Shown: positions 37,657 through 47,557, counted from the first letter of the stretch. The stretch is DNA of 64,000 nt from an uncultured Thermococci archaeon (GCA_964595645.1 CAZQQT010000009.1:1-64000); one strand, 5' to 3'. Translations and numbers: made by a program. The notes: generated by a model from the letters alone, not told the origin.

Positions 37657-40134
37657 TTAAAGACACTCAATACCGAGTTTCTCTTGGATCTCTTCAGCAC
37701 ACTCTAGTGCTTTCAACAGCTCGTTGTTCGCGTAGATGGTATTCTGTGTCGTGTTCGCGTTGTCGAGGTGCATCTGCATCTCATCTAAGAGATCCTGCAC
37801 ATCATTCGGGACTTCCTCCGGAAGGTACTTCTCGATACATCCCAGACATGTATTCACCTGCCACAGATGGAACAGTGCAACAGGTTCAAACTCCACGACT
37901 GGATTTATCGCTGATGCAATCGCCAGCTCTAGTGTGAAGGTATCTACCCCACCGTCGTCGTCCGTGACCTGCAGTGTGACCTGATGATCTCCAACAGCTG
38001 AGTAGTAGTGTGTTGTTGTCATTCCTGTAGAATCAAAGGTACCATCGCTGGTCCAATCCCATTCGTATACGGCAATTGTTCCGTCCGAATCGAAGGACGC
38101 CGACGCATCGAACGCGATGGTCTGGCCTGTCCGAGGAGCTGCCGGACTGTAGCTGAAACTGGCGGTGGGTGGATCGTTCACATCGGCTACAGAAATAGTC
38201 ACCGTAGCCTCATTGGAGGTGGATCCGTCATCGTCATCAACGGTGTACGTAAAGCTATCCGTACCGTGGTAGTTCGGATCTGGCGTGTACGTAATCTCAC
38301 CGGTGCTCGTGTTCACACTCGTCGATCCGTGAGAGGGTCCACCAGTGACAGTAACTGTCGAGGGATCCAGTGTGCCGTCGCTGTCCGTATCGTTGGCCAG
38401 CACATCGATCGTGACGGCAGTATCTTCGTCCGTGCCGACGCTCTCATCGTTAGCGGTGGGTGGATCGTTCACATCGGCTACAGAAATAGTCACCGTAGCC
38501 TCATTGGAGGTGGATCCGTCATCGTCATCAACGGTGTACGTAAAGCTATCCGTACCGTGGTAGTTCGGATCTGGCGTGTACGTAATCTCACCGGTGCTCG
38601 TGTTCACACTCGTCGATCCGTGAGAGGGTCCACCAGTGACAGTAACTGTCGAGGGATCCAGTGTGCCGTCGCTGTCCGTATCGTTGGCCAGCACATCGAT
38701 CGTGACGGCAGTATCTTCGTCCGTGCCGACGCTCTCATCGTTAGCGGTGGGTGGATCGTTCACATCGACCGTTGCCGTGGTGGTATCGGTCGCACCGTCA
38801 TCGTCCGTGACTTCGAGACCGATTGTGTGCGTCCCTGCAGTACTCCAGGAATGGGTCGGTTGTGAGCCAGTCGCATCATCGTAGCTTCCGTCGTTGTCCA
38901 AGTCCCAAGCATAGCTCGCGATCGAGCCGTCAGGATCCGAAGAGCCGGTACCGTCGAGCGTAATACTCTCTCCCACATTGCCGGAATACGGGCCATTGGC
39001 ATCGGCAGTGGGCAGAGCGTTAGCTTCGGTGGTGACAGAATCATCATTGGTTACCGTTGAGTCCGACTGCGACGTCGCAGTTAACGTTGTCATATCAGTA
39101 CCAGCCGATGTTGCAGTAACTTGAACCTGAACTGTCGCAGATGAGCCGGCGCCGATAGTCACGGTATTACCACCGGGAAGAGAGACATCCCACCCTTGAC
39201 TGGAACTGACGGAGAGGTCAAAGGTGTCCGAAGAGCTCTGCAGATTCTGCACAGTGAAATCATAAGTGAACGTATCACCAACATTGCCGCTCTGTCCTGC
39301 TGGAGCCATGACCTGCACATCGCCAGATTCGGTCCATTTCTCGATGGCCTTAATCTCCCAAGTCTCTCCAGGAGAGAGTGTGGCTCTGTCCCACTCCACA
39401 GCGTAGCCAGCGTCAACGTAATTTGGATCAACGGTGTCGGGAAGATTACTCCCACTATTCATTGCGTTTGTGACACTGGAGTAGGTGTCCTCGTAATAGT
39501 GGTCTATCGGTGAGGTGGTGGTACCCAGCAGCCCCATGATGCCGGTAACACCACTGTTGGTGAGATACACCATGTCCAAGCTGGAATCATAGTGGCCGTT
39601 CGAACTGTCTAAACCGCCAAAATAGGTGTCGCCTCCACGTATGAAGTAAAGGTCGGTATACGTTGTACTCCCCGTGTTCTCGATGACCCATTCCATGTTG
39701 TAATACTTGGCGCCATCAGTGTACGTAACCGTCTGTGTAATCCGAATCCCCGTACTACCAGCCTCGTAGACGGTTACAATGGTCCACGCGTCGGGTTTGC
39801 TGTTAGAAATAGGGGTGAAATCAGTGCACGAGCTACAGTCTGCCGTGCTGGCACCGGAGCAGTCAAACCCCATGCTCCCGCTGTTCAGCCATAAGACGTT
39901 GTTACAGGCATCGGCGCTATAATACTGATAACCGGATGCCCAGTTGTCATAGTAAGGTTCAATCCGACCGGTATCGTGTACGTCGATATCAATTGGATCG
40001 CCACTGATGCTCTGAGTTGCCGCTCTGACAGGCATAGCACCCAGGACAAGAAGTATGCTGACTACCATACCTACTGCAATTCCCTGTCGAATAAGTGTAG
40101 AAACTGTAGTGCTTCTTAGTTTACGTTTCTTCAT
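37657..40134 (-). CDS. Secreted surface protein with Ig-like, PKD and tandem Big_9/cadherin-like repeats
   Basis: Signal peptide; PKD motifs (SSDPDGSIASYAWD, FDSDGTIAVYEWDW); two NDPPTANDE...DSFTYTVDD units; Asp/Thr-rich. Confidence 0.9.
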   Translation of the reverse strand: MKKRKLRSTTVSTLIRQGIAVGMVVSILLVLGAMPVRAATQSISGDPIDIDVHDTGRIEPYYDNWASGYQYYSADACNNVLWLNSGSMGFDCSGASTADCSSCTDFTPISNSKPDAWTIVTVYEAGSTGIRITQTVTYTDGAKYYNMEWVIENTGSTTYTDLYFIRGGDTYFGGLDSSNGHYDSSLDMVYLTNSGVTGIMGLLGTTTSPIDHYYEDTYSSVTNAMNSGSNLPDTVDPNYVDAGYAVEWDRATLSPGETWEIKAIEKWTESGDVQVMAPAGQSGNVGDTFTYDFTVQNLQSSSDTFDLSVSSSQGWDVSLPGGNTVTIGAGSSATVQVQVTATSAGTDMTTLTATSQSDSTVTNDDSVTTEANALPTADANGPYSGNVGESITLDGTGSSDPDGSIASYAWDLDNDGSYDDATGSQPTHSWSTAGTHTIGLEVTDDDGATDTTTATVDVNDPPTANDESVGTDEDTAVTIDVLANDTDSDGTLDPSTVTVTGGPSHGSTSVNTSTGEITYTPDPNYHGTDSFTYTVDDDDGSTSNEATVTISVADVNDPPTANDESVGTDEDTAVTIDVLANDTDSDGTLDPSTVTVTGGPSHGSTSVNTSTGEITYTPDPNYHGTDSFTYTVDDDDGSTSNEATVTISVADVNDPPTASFSYSPAAPRTGQTIAFDASASFDSDGTIAVYEWDWTSDGTFDSTGMTTTHYYSAVGDHQVTLQVTDDDGGVDTFTLELAIASAINPVVEFEPVALFHLWQVNTCLGCIEKYLPEEVPNDVQDLLDEMQMHLDNANTTQNTIYANNELLKALECAEEIQEKLGIECL
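38162..38767. repeat. Intragenic 291-bp tandem repeat (2 copies plus 24 bp)
   Basis: Units start at 38162, 38453 and 38744; no mismatch seen by eye. Confidence 0.95.
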
Positions 40135-40184
40135 ACTATTACCTCCTTCAATTTTTCTTTCACGCTATTCACTCCTAACTTTCG

Positions 40185-40234
40185 TATACTTCTATAACTT
40201 CTTATACTTCTATTTATAAGGTTTGGGGGGGGGG
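40185..40234 (-). promoter_or_regulatory. Surface-protein promoter with C10 tract, TATA box and 11-bp direct repeat
   Basis: Minus strand C10-AAAC-CTTATAAATA; plus strand TATACTTCTAT at 40185 and 40203. Confidence 0.7.
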
Positions 40235-40412
40235 ATTGCGTCTCTAAACTGCCTATTTAAGAAAATTTTAGATGTTTCTATTTCTCTGCCATCACACAGA
40301 AATATGAAGAATGAGTATTTTGATAATCTTAAGGGGCAGTATTTTATTAAATAAGTTAGCAAGAACAAAGAATCCAGAAATGAACTTTAATTTAGAAAAG
40401 CAGCTAAAAGTA

Positions 40413-40497
40413 TGCGGGGGACGGGAGTTGAACCCGCGGATCCCTACGGAACTAGGCCCTCAACCTAGCGCCTTTGGCCAGGCTCGGCAACCCCCGC
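40413..40497 (-). tRNA. tRNA-Leu(GAG)
   Basis: GCGGGGG acceptor stem; CTAGG-TTGAGGG-CCTAG anticodon arm; long variable arm; GTTCAAC T-loop; no CCA encoded. Confidence 0.96.
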
Positions 40498-41226
40498 AAG
40501 TGCATCAATAAACCTGTCACATTTTTCTTCTATCACTTCTGTGGCGACCCTTATTAAATCCTTTGTGCTCATGTTCCCGTAATTCTCAATGGTGAAAATA
40601 AACTTTCGTGGATCGTGATCTATAGAGATAGCTGCAAGATCGCATGCCTCTTCGCACGCTTTGCAGAGTGTACACTCCTCAATGTGCTCGACCTCCACCG
40701 TATCGTCGACGAGGTTAAGAATATCTTTTGGACACGCCTCAATACATGCCTCACAGAGATCACATTTCTCATCGATGGTAATGATGGGAAATGCCTTGTA
40801 AAATGCCAGACAGGACTGATATTTTGCATGATCTTGCGCTGTTCCCACAGTGGCGATGCAGTTCACGCTTATCTTCTGATTTTCTCCAAGTTTGGCAATG
40901 GGGATCTCTCCTACTGTCGGTTTTACAAGATCATCCTCAGAGATCATGTCCTGTGAGTAGACGATTCCTGGGCCCTCCTTTTCAATACTGAGTGTTACCT
41001 CTCTCGTAACGCCTGGAGGTGTGTGGAGCGGAACAAGTCCGATCCGGTGGGCAAGAACTTCGTCGTAGAGGATAGACGTGTTTTCATACACAATGAGATG
41101 ATCCACTGCATAAAGCGGAATCTCTGAGAGAAGAACCCTTCTCAAAGCGTTCACAACCCCTACATCGACATCCTCTATCATGAACTGTGCCTTTGAATCC
41201 GTTGTGGACAGCAGTGTGATATTCAT
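40465..41226 (-). CDS. rpoD: RNA polymerase subunit D (Rpo3) with ferredoxin-like insert
   Basis: [24 protein letters not shown]...CP, CTLCKAC...C. Confidence 0.96.
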   Translation of the reverse strand: MNITLLSTTDSKAQFMIEDVDVGVVNALRRVLLSEIPLYAVDHLIVYENTSILYDEVLAHRIGLVPLHTPPGVTREVTLSIEKEGPGIVYSQDMISEDDLVKPTVGEIPIAKLGENQKISVNCIATVGTAQDHAKYQSCLAFYKAFPIITIDEKCDLCEACIEACPKDILNLVDDTVEVEHIEECTLCKACEEACDLAAISIDHDPRKFIFTIENYGNMSTKDLIRVATEVIEEKCDRFIDALAGVAEPGQRR

Positions 41227-41615
41227 ATCCTTCGTCCTCGTTTCCCACCTTTAGGTCGTGTACCATCATGGGGTATTGGAGTCACATCCTCAATTCGTCC
41301 TATTCGTAACCGCGCCCGGGATAATGCTCGGATCGCAGCCTGTGCTCCTGGACCCGGATTCTTGTTTTGATTCCCGCCGGGAGCTCTCACTTTGATATGT
41401 ACAGCTGAAATCCCTCGTTCCTGTGCCTGTTCGGCTGCAATTGCTGCTGCCTTCATAGCTGCGTAGGGAGAAGACTCCTCCCTATCTGTCTTCACAACCA
41501 TTCCTCCAGACACCCGTGCAATCGTCTCTGCACCGCTGAGATCTGTAATATGAATAATTGTGTTGTTGAACGACGCGTAGATATGGGCAACGCCCCATTT
41601 CTCATTTTTTGCCAT
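41223..41615 (-). CDS. rps11: 30S ribosomal protein S11
   Basis: [20 protein letters not shown]. Confidence 0.97.
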   Translation of the reverse strand: MAKNEKWGVAHIYASFNNTIIHITDLSGAETIARVSGGMVVKTDREESSPYAAMKAAAIAAEQAQERGISAVHIKVRAPGGNQNKNPGPGAQAAIRALSRARLRIGRIEDVTPIPHDGTRPKGGKRGRRI

Positions 41616-41619
41616 ATTA

Positions 41620-42090
41620 TCACTCCCTCCTTCCTATTGTTCCTTCTTTTCTCTCGCTCACAAGCATACTCGGACAGGTCGCGACTTGTTCATCGAGCAT
41701 GATGTGACGATGAGCAATTAACTGTCGAGCCTCCCTCGGTGTACGTGCCAGACCTTTTCTAAATACCACCGACTGAAGTCTCCTGTCCAAGATATCTTGG
41801 AGATCCAGTTCTAGGATATTATCGAGGTTTGCGTCTTCCTTCAGGATCCCAAGTCTCTGAAGTTTTTGGATCAGTTCTCGTTCTTCTTTTTTTGCTTCTT
41901 CGCCTGTCGATGCCAGAAGAAGCCTCGCCTGTCGTCGATACTTCCTCAACCTCGACTCAGCCTTCCAGAGCTCCTTTTTGTTTTTCAGGCCATATTTTCG
42001 TAAAAGCTCATCTTCACGATCCATTCTGTCTTTCTGCCATGGATGAGGAGGTGTCTCATACTTTTTTCTTGATTTCTTTGGATGCCCCAT
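41620..42090 (-). CDS. rps4: 30S ribosomal protein S4
   Basis: [23 protein letters not shown]. Confidence 0.96.
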   Translation of the reverse strand: MGHPKKSRKKYETPPHPWQKDRMDREDELLRKYGLKNKKELWKAESRLRKYRRQARLLLASTGEEAKKEERELIQKLQRLGILKEDANLDNILELDLQDILDRRLQSVVFRKGLARTPREARQLIAHRHIMLDEQVATCPSMLVSERKEGTIGRRE

Positions 42091-42094
42091 TCAA

Positions 42095-42583
42095 TCACCC
42101 CTCTTCTTCCTCGCGGCGCCGTCGCTCTCTTCTTCGTTCTATTCTCTTACGGCTTACACCGATTGCACCACCAGTTCTAAAGCTTGACTTGGTCTTCTGT
42201 CCTCTCACAGGGAGACCCAACCCGTGCCTGATACCTCTGTACGAGTTTATTCTCTTGAGTCTATTGATATCCTCTCTTTGTGCCATGGTAAGATCTGCTT
42301 CGATTACGTGCTTATCCTCACCTGTCTCGTAATCTTTCCTCCTGTTTAACATCCATGATGGAATACCAATCTCTTTTGGATCCTCTAACGCATTCTTTAT
42401 CTCTTCGACCGTTGTATCATCGAGTTCACCAAACTTTGTCTCGGGATCGATATCCAAGGCCCGAACAATACCTCGCGATACATTTATTCCAATTCCTTGC
42501 AATTTGGTTAACGCTAACGCTACCTTCTTATTTCCGTCTAAATCGACGCCTGCTACACGTATTATGTGTTTGAATTCGCTCAT
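42095..42583 (-). CDS. rps13: 30S ribosomal protein S13
   Basis: YRGIRH, GLPVRGQKT. Confidence 0.97.
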   Translation of the reverse strand: MSEFKHIIRVAGVDLDGNKKVALALTKLQGIGINVSRGIVRALDIDPETKFGELDDTTVEEIKNALEDPKEIGIPSWMLNRRKDYETGEDKHVIEADLTMAQREDINRLKRINSYRGIRHGLGLPVRGQKTKSSFRTGGAIGVSRKRIERRRERRRREEEEG

Positions 42584-42616
42584 TATGAATCAACTCCGTA
42601 TATATTCCAATTATAA

Positions 42617-42701
42617 CGCCGGGGAGGGGATTTGAACCCCCGTTCTCCAGAGGAGAACGAGCTCTCCAGGCTCGCGCCTTTCCGGTCTCGGCAACCCCGG
42701 C
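42617..42701 (-). tRNA. tRNA-Ser(GGA)
   Basis: GCCGGGG acceptor stem; CGAGC-CTGGAGA-GCTCG anticodon arm; long variable arm; G discriminator. Confidence 0.96.
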
Positions 42702-42739
42702 ACACCTTGTATGTGATCTCTCAAGATTTATATATCTTT

Positions 42740-43660
42740 TTATGAATTTACCTTCCATACACGAGGATAGGTACCCCGTTCCATGAGCACCCGGTCAGTG
42801 ACCACAGCCACATCGTCCTTCTCCATTATCTCGCTAGAGCTCATTGCAGCGGTTCCCAATGCAACCAGCTCATCTTTGCATGTCATGATAGCAACACGTT
42901 GATCCGGCTCAATACTCTCACATCTCTCAACGCCAACTGTCATCAGATTCGCGCCGTGACAGATCGCGTCGACAGCTGTACTCTTAATCCATACCCTCGG
43001 GATATTTATACCTTCTTCTATTGGACGCACACATCGACGGATCTCGTCCTCTATACCCTGCTCCTTCCAGAATGTGTACGCATCGAGGAGTTCGTGGAGT
43101 GTCACTCCCTTGTCCTCTGTGAACATTCCAACACTGGTTCTCCTAAGATCCTCCATATTTGCTCCTGTGCCAAGGGCTTCGCCGATATCGTAGCATAATT
43201 TTCGAATGTAGGTCCCTGCCTCACATCTCACTCTCATGAGGACGTTATTCTCTTTTATCTCCAATATGGATATGTCTTTGATCTCTTTCACCCGAACTCT
43301 TCGTTTTACAGCTGATTTCACCGGAGGTTTCTGATATATTTTTCCAGTGAACTCTTCACAGATTGCATGGATCCTCTCCTCTGGTGCCGTGGAGTGGAGA
43401 CGCATTGCACACACATACTCTTTATCCGAGGTGAGCAGGAGATTCATCACCCGTGTCGCCTTCTGTGTTCCAACGACAAGTACCCCTGTCACACTGGGAT
43501 CGAGTGTTCCTGAGTGTCCTGCCTTCTCTATCTCCAGTATCCTCTTCACCCAGGCTACAACCTCGTGGGCTGTAGGGCCTGCGGGTTTATCAAGGATTAT
43601 CATTCCCCTTTCTATCAGTTCATCCACTGTTCTCTCTTCTGGAGGTGATCCATACTTCAT
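42740..43660 (-). CDS. cbf5: Cbf5/TruB pseudouridine synthase
   Basis: LDKP, GHSGTLDP, GTYIRK, PUA domain. Confidence 0.95.
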   Translation of the reverse strand: MKYGSPPEERTVDELIERGMIILDKPAGPTAHEVVAWVKRILEIEKAGHSGTLDPSVTGVLVVGTQKATRVMNLLLTSDKEYVCAMRLHSTAPEERIHAICEEFTGKIYQKPPVKSAVKRRVRVKEIKDISILEIKENNVLMRVRCEAGTYIRKLCYDIGEALGTGANMEDLRRTSVGMFTEDKGVTLHELLDAYTFWKEQGIEDEIRRCVRPIEEGINIPRVWIKSTAVDAICHGANLMTVGVERCESIEPDQRVAIMTCKDELVALGTAAMSSSEIMEKDDVAVVTDRVLMERGTYPRVWKVNS

Positions 43661-43665
43661 AACGC

Positions 43666-43881
43666 TTACCCTAGTGCGCGTCTGATTTGTTCATCTGATG
43701 CGTCTTCTCCTATATCCTTCACTTCCGGATGAAGCTCGAGATGTTTTATGTTACATCTTTTTCTTTTTACGTGGGGACCTGAAACAACAACGTAATTTTC
43801 ATCGATGACATCTACAATGATACATTTATTTCCTGCTTCTCTTCCCGCGAGTTTTGTACATACTCTTCCGATTTCTACCAT
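43666..43881 (-). CDS. rpl14e: 50S ribosomal protein L14e
   Basis: GRVCTKLAGREAG, RCNIKHLE. Confidence 0.95.
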   Translation of the reverse strand: MVEIGRVCTKLAGREAGNKCIIVDVIDENYVVVSGPHVKRKRCNIKHLELHPEVKDIGEDASDEQIRRALG

Positions 43882-44399
43882 TCTCTCACCTCAATTGCCT
43901 TCTCGATTATTTTGTACACTCCTGCAGGCACCCATTTGCCTGTGTTGATTATCAGATCATATATGGAAAGATCGTCGAGATCCACCCCATAGAACTTCTT
44001 GTATCTCTTTTTCTCACTTTTTTCTCTTTTTTTTATCTCTTTTTTACTTTTTCCATGATCCTTTTTCTCTCTGCCCCCCACCCTCCTTGCTCGGATTTCG
44101 AAGGGGGCTGTGAGCCATATTTTCAGATCGGCATTGACAAAATGTGCCGCCATTCTCCCTTCCACAACACAGTCGTGATGCTGTTCCGCAAGTTCCTTCT
44201 GTTTCTCATCGACTATCTTATCTATCTCATCATTTTTTTCGGCATGCTCACTAAACTCTTCTAAACTCATATTCTGCTCTTTGGCAAGCTCCCGGAAGAT
44301 CATTCCTGCGTATATGTGTTTATACCCTAAATTTCGCTCTATCAGCCGTGCTGAGGTGGTTGTACCACTTCCTGGGAGTCCACCAATTGTGATCTTCAT
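43875..44399 (-). CDS. cmk: Cytidylate kinase, archaeal type
   Basis: GLPGSGTTT, VEGR, YDLIINT. Confidence 0.95.
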   Translation of the reverse strand: MKITIGGLPGSGTTTSARLIERNLGYKHIYAGMIFRELAKEQNMSLEEFSEHAEKNDEIDKIVDEKQKELAEQHHDCVVEGRMAAHFVNADLKIWLTAPFEIRARRVGGREKKDHGKSKKEIKKREKSEKKRYKKFYGVDLDDLSIYDLIINTGKWVPAGVYKIIEKAIEVREW

Positions 44400-44665
44400 A
44401 GTTCGTCTCTAACCCTCTTCCTAATCATTTTTCTCATGCAGTTGGAGCACAGGTAGCCGCCGTAGGGTCGTGTTGGGCTCTTTTTACTTTTATTCGATTT
44501 TTTTATTTCATTTGTAGTCCCTCGGGGCACACCATGAAGCTCCGCTCCACAGTGTGCACATTTAGACTTTCCGTGTGCTCTTTTCTCGTAGTGAACGGCT
44601 TCTTTGCCACCTGGAGTCTTCACCTTCTTCTTTTTTAATGATCGCGATCGATACATTCCTCTCAT
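44396..44665 (-). CDS. rpl34e: 50S ribosomal protein L34e
   Basis: KTPGG, CAHCG, RPYGGYLCSNC. Confidence 0.95.
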   Translation of the reverse strand: MRGMYRSRSLKKKKVKTPGGKEAVHYEKRAHGKSKCAHCGAELHGVPRGTTNEIKKSNKSKKSPTRPYGGYLCSNCMRKMIRKRVRDEL

Positions 44666-44676
44666 ACTATCACCTT

Positions 44677-45288
44677 TTATACCATGTTCAACAACTTTCT
44701 CCACGTCTGACCAAATACCATGGCGCAGAGGAAGTAGAGACCGTACGCACCAAGGAGGTTCGCTGCCATCTCACCGTGGAAATATCCGAAGAACCATCCT
44801 ATCACAGGAAGATCGAACAATGGGAAGGGCAGTTCAAGGATTGGTACGCCATACGCTGCAGTATGTCTGAACCATGCGAAAAGGATAAATATTGGTGCCA
44901 TTGTAATGAGCAGCGGCTTCATCGTCATTCCCGTCATTTTTGCATTCAGTTCGTTGATGCGTTTCTTCTGACCCTCCAATTTTCTTATTTCTTTTTTGTT
45001 GCCCTTCTTCTTGGCCTTCATGAGCCTGCTTCTATAGTCTGAGACTTCTTCTCGGATCTCTTTTACCTCGTCGTAATCGACCATCCAGTAGTTTACCAAG
45101 GTGATGAATATAGAGATCAGTAAGGCAACGAGTATCACTCCCAAAATGTACTCTGTGTACACCTGTACAGGCTCTCCTTTTACCATCGCCTCAACGTAGC
45201 TAGCATTTTCTCGAACGGGAAAAAAACTCCCGAAGATCGAATCGAAAAATCCGTAAAACACATTCATTATTGAATCTAATACACTCAT
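44677..45288 (-). CDS. DUF106 / EMC3-TMCO1 (Oxa1 superfamily) membrane protein
   Basis: TM-coiled coil-MKP-TM layout; conserved position after secY. Confidence 0.88.
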   Translation of the reverse strand: MSVLDSIMNVFYGFFDSIFGSFFPVRENASYVEAMVKGEPVQVYTEYILGVILVALLISIFITLVNYWMVDYDEVKEIREEVSDYRSRLMKAKKKGNKKEIRKLEGQKKRINELNAKMTGMTMKPLLITMAPIFILFAWFRHTAAYGVPILELPFPLFDLPVIGWFFGYFHGEMAANLLGAYGLYFLCAMVFGQTWRKLLNMV

Positions 45289-45289
45289 T

Positions 45290-46654
45290 CTACTCACCTA
45301 TAAATCTTCTAAGTGCGGGGAACATCTCGCTCATCTGTTCCTTCATGAGCTCTTCGTACAGTCTGTACACAATACCAACGGTCAACAAAATTCCCGTTCC
45401 TGTACCTACTGCACCTGTAAAATCAGCCATCGTTGCTATCAGTCCAACGGTGGCCCCGCCCATTACCGTGACCTGTGGTATATATCTAGAAAGAACCTTT
45501 TTAAGAATTCTGGGATCCTTCCTGAACCCCGGGATCTGCATTCCCGAACGCTGCAGTTTTTTAGCCACAGCCTCCGGTCCCATCTGTGTCAGTTCAACCC
45601 AGAGTACTGCAAAAAAAATGCAGAGAGCCACCACTATCAAAAGATACACTATCGCCTCAAATGGTGTCTGCGTGAGACTCTCGATTCCCCGCGGCGGTTG
45701 CAGATACTTCACAAGCCCTGACACAGCGTTATCACCTTGAAACGTCCCGAGCCATGTAATTCCTCTACTGCTCAAAACTCTAGCCATGAGCACTACGTTT
45801 GAAAACATTGCCCATGTCAGAATCATCGGAATATTCGAGGCATAAATAAATCTGATAGGGTATCTACCTCGAATACCCTTGTACTTTCCATACGAAAGTG
45901 GTATTTCTACTCTGATAGATTCCATATACACAACAATGAGGAATATCACCACGGTGAAGGCAATCTGATCCATCCCTACGAGGGAACTTCCAGTTCTCCT
46001 CCAGACCGGATTCCCCTCAATGAATGATTTGATAAACTGAGGAATTCCACCTATCAGCTGGCCAGGAACTGCCTCGCTCCCGAGAAAGCTGAAAGACCTC
46101 CAGATTATCTGTGCGGAGACTCTTCCTGCAATGAACAACGAAATTCCTGATCCGAATCCCCATTTCGTCACAACCTCATCCATTATCAGAACTAAAATTC
46201 CACCAAGTGCCATTTGGAAAACAACGATGGCAAAGAATCCTTCTTGTGCCAGTCCTTGTCCCCGAACCATGGCAAAAGCTTCAAAAACACAGAGAGCAAT
46301 CGCTAACAGTTTCTGTGTACCCTGGAATATTTCTTTACCCTGATGTGATGTAATATCCAGATCGATGAGATCAGAACCAACAAGGAGCTGCATTACAATT
46401 CCCGCTGTCACTACGGGACCGATACCGAGATGAAGAATGCTCCCACTATTTCCTGCCAGTACCGTTCTTAGACTGGCAAGCCAGTCTGTTGCCTGCGCAC
46501 TCAGACCGTAAAGAGGTATCTGTGCCAGAGCAAAGTAGACACTCAATACAACGATGCTCCACAACAACTTCTCTCTAAATGAGACGTGTCTTTTCGGCCC
46601 TGATACTTCAGGGAGAAACCGAAATAACGGGGAAAGCACTTCTAATTTAGACAT
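45290..46654 (-). CDS. secY: Protein translocase subunit SecY
   Basis: LGIGP, GSGISLFI, YASNIP, IPGFR, GTGILL. Confidence 0.97.
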   Translation of the reverse strand: MSKLEVLSPLFRFLPEVSGPKRHVSFREKLLWSIVVLSVYFALAQIPLYGLSAQATDWLASLRTVLAGNSGSILHLGIGPVVTAGIVMQLLVGSDLIDLDITSHQGKEIFQGTQKLLAIALCVFEAFAMVRGQGLAQEGFFAIVVFQMALGGILVLIMDEVVTKWGFGSGISLFIAGRVSAQIIWRSFSFLGSEAVPGQLIGGIPQFIKSFIEGNPVWRRTGSSLVGMDQIAFTVVIFLIVVYMESIRVEIPLSYGKYKGIRGRYPIRFIYASNIPMILTWAMFSNVVLMARVLSSRGITWLGTFQGDNAVSGLVKYLQPPRGIESLTQTPFEAIVYLLIVVALCIFFAVLWVELTQMGPEAVAKKLQRSGMQIPGFRKDPRILKKVLSRYIPQVTVMGGATVGLIATMADFTGAVGTGTGILLTVGIVYRLYEELMKEQMSEMFPALRRFIGE

Positions 46655-47087
46655 TCGTGTCACCTATAATTGTCTCTCCACCCATCTCTTCTATCTTTGT
46701 TTTTGCGCTCTCTGAAAAATTTTCTGCCTTCACAGAGAACTTTCGTGTGAGATGTCCTTTTCCGAGAACCTTCGATGCACCGAGTTTTGACACATCCACA
46801 AGTATCGTATTCTTTTTCTTCACGGCAATATCTTTTTCCAGCAGTTTGTCAATATTATCATTGAGATATCGGAGGTTGACGATGGATTCATCTTTTTTCA
46901 GTTTTGGAGGTCGTGTGAATCCGCGTTTACCGAGGTGTCCGGGTGTGTATTTATGTCTCGCTCTCTTCCCTGATCCAGCATTGCCGCGTCCACCTCTGTT
47001 GCCTGCACCTTTTCTATTTTTCGAAGAACCTCCTCCGCAACGTCGTGAACCTCGTTTCTTGTAGGTCTTTTTTCTCTTTCTTCTCAT
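46647..47087 (-). CDS. rpl15: 50S ribosomal protein L15
   Basis: GNRGGRGNAG, KVLGKG. Confidence 0.96.
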   Translation of the reverse strand: MRRKRKKTYKKRGSRRCGGGSSKNRKGAGNRGGRGNAGSGKRARHKYTPGHLGKRGFTRPPKLKKDESIVNLRYLNDNIDKLLEKDIAVKKKNTILVDVSKLGASKVLGKGHLTRKFSVKAENFSESAKTKIEEMGGETIIGDTNV

Positions 47088-47095
47088 ACGATCAC

Positions 47096-47557
47096 CTAAA
47101 TAATCCTTTTGAGTAAAGAATTAATTTCTTTTCCTCTATATCCTGAAGATCCTCCTTGTGCATAATTCAAACTCACGTTTTTATACCCTTTACTAGGAGG
47201 ATGTAATCTGAAGATTTTTTTTATTCCGAGATCGTCAAGATCTGCTCTTGACTCAAAAAAATCATCCACGTACTCTTCTACTGTTTTTCCTGTCTTCTCT
47301 TGTATATATTCTTCATCTATTCGTCTATCGCCTGGAAGCCTCCCCCACTTCAATAAAAGCGGGGTGAAGATTTCTTTATCAATTTCTCCAAAAGTCACAT
47401 GATCCTTTACCTTCTGCAACATTCCTTTATACGATGCTCTATCATCAATAACTATACAGTGATGGGGTTTTTCGAGTCGAAGCATGTGCAACGTATCTCG
47501 TGTTTCTTTCTCTACGTTTACCGTTCCTCTAAGTCGTAGCACTGCAAGTTTACTCAT
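47096..47557 (-). CDS. rpl30: 50S ribosomal protein L30
   Basis: TLHMLRL, GMLQKV, FRLHPP. Confidence 0.96.
   Translation of the reverse strand: MSKLAVLRLRGTVNVEKETRDTLHMLRLEKPHHCIVIDDRASYKGMLQKVKDHVTFGEIDKEIFTPLLLKWGRLPGDRRIDEEYIQEKTGKTVEEYVDDFFESRADLDDLGIKKIFRLHPPSKGYKNVSLNYAQGGSSGYRGKEINSLLKRII

Noticed and set aside
38162-38767. Tandem repeat as a CRISPR array or mobile element
   Set aside because: It is an in-frame 97-codon domain duplication with no spacers, cas genes or terminal repeats
38008-38865. 285-aa antisense ORF with an internal repeat
   Set aside because: Shadow of the repetitive surface-protein gene
28400-40412. Provirus or integrative element at tRNA-Leu
   Set aside because: No integrase, viral or replication genes and no att duplicate were seen
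40630-40770. Fe-S motifs in RpoD as a novelty
   Set aside because: A ferredoxin-like domain is an established feature of many archaeal Rpo3 subunits
42528-42758. 76-aa ORF (likewise 40311-40511)
   Set aside because: Both are translations across tRNA genes
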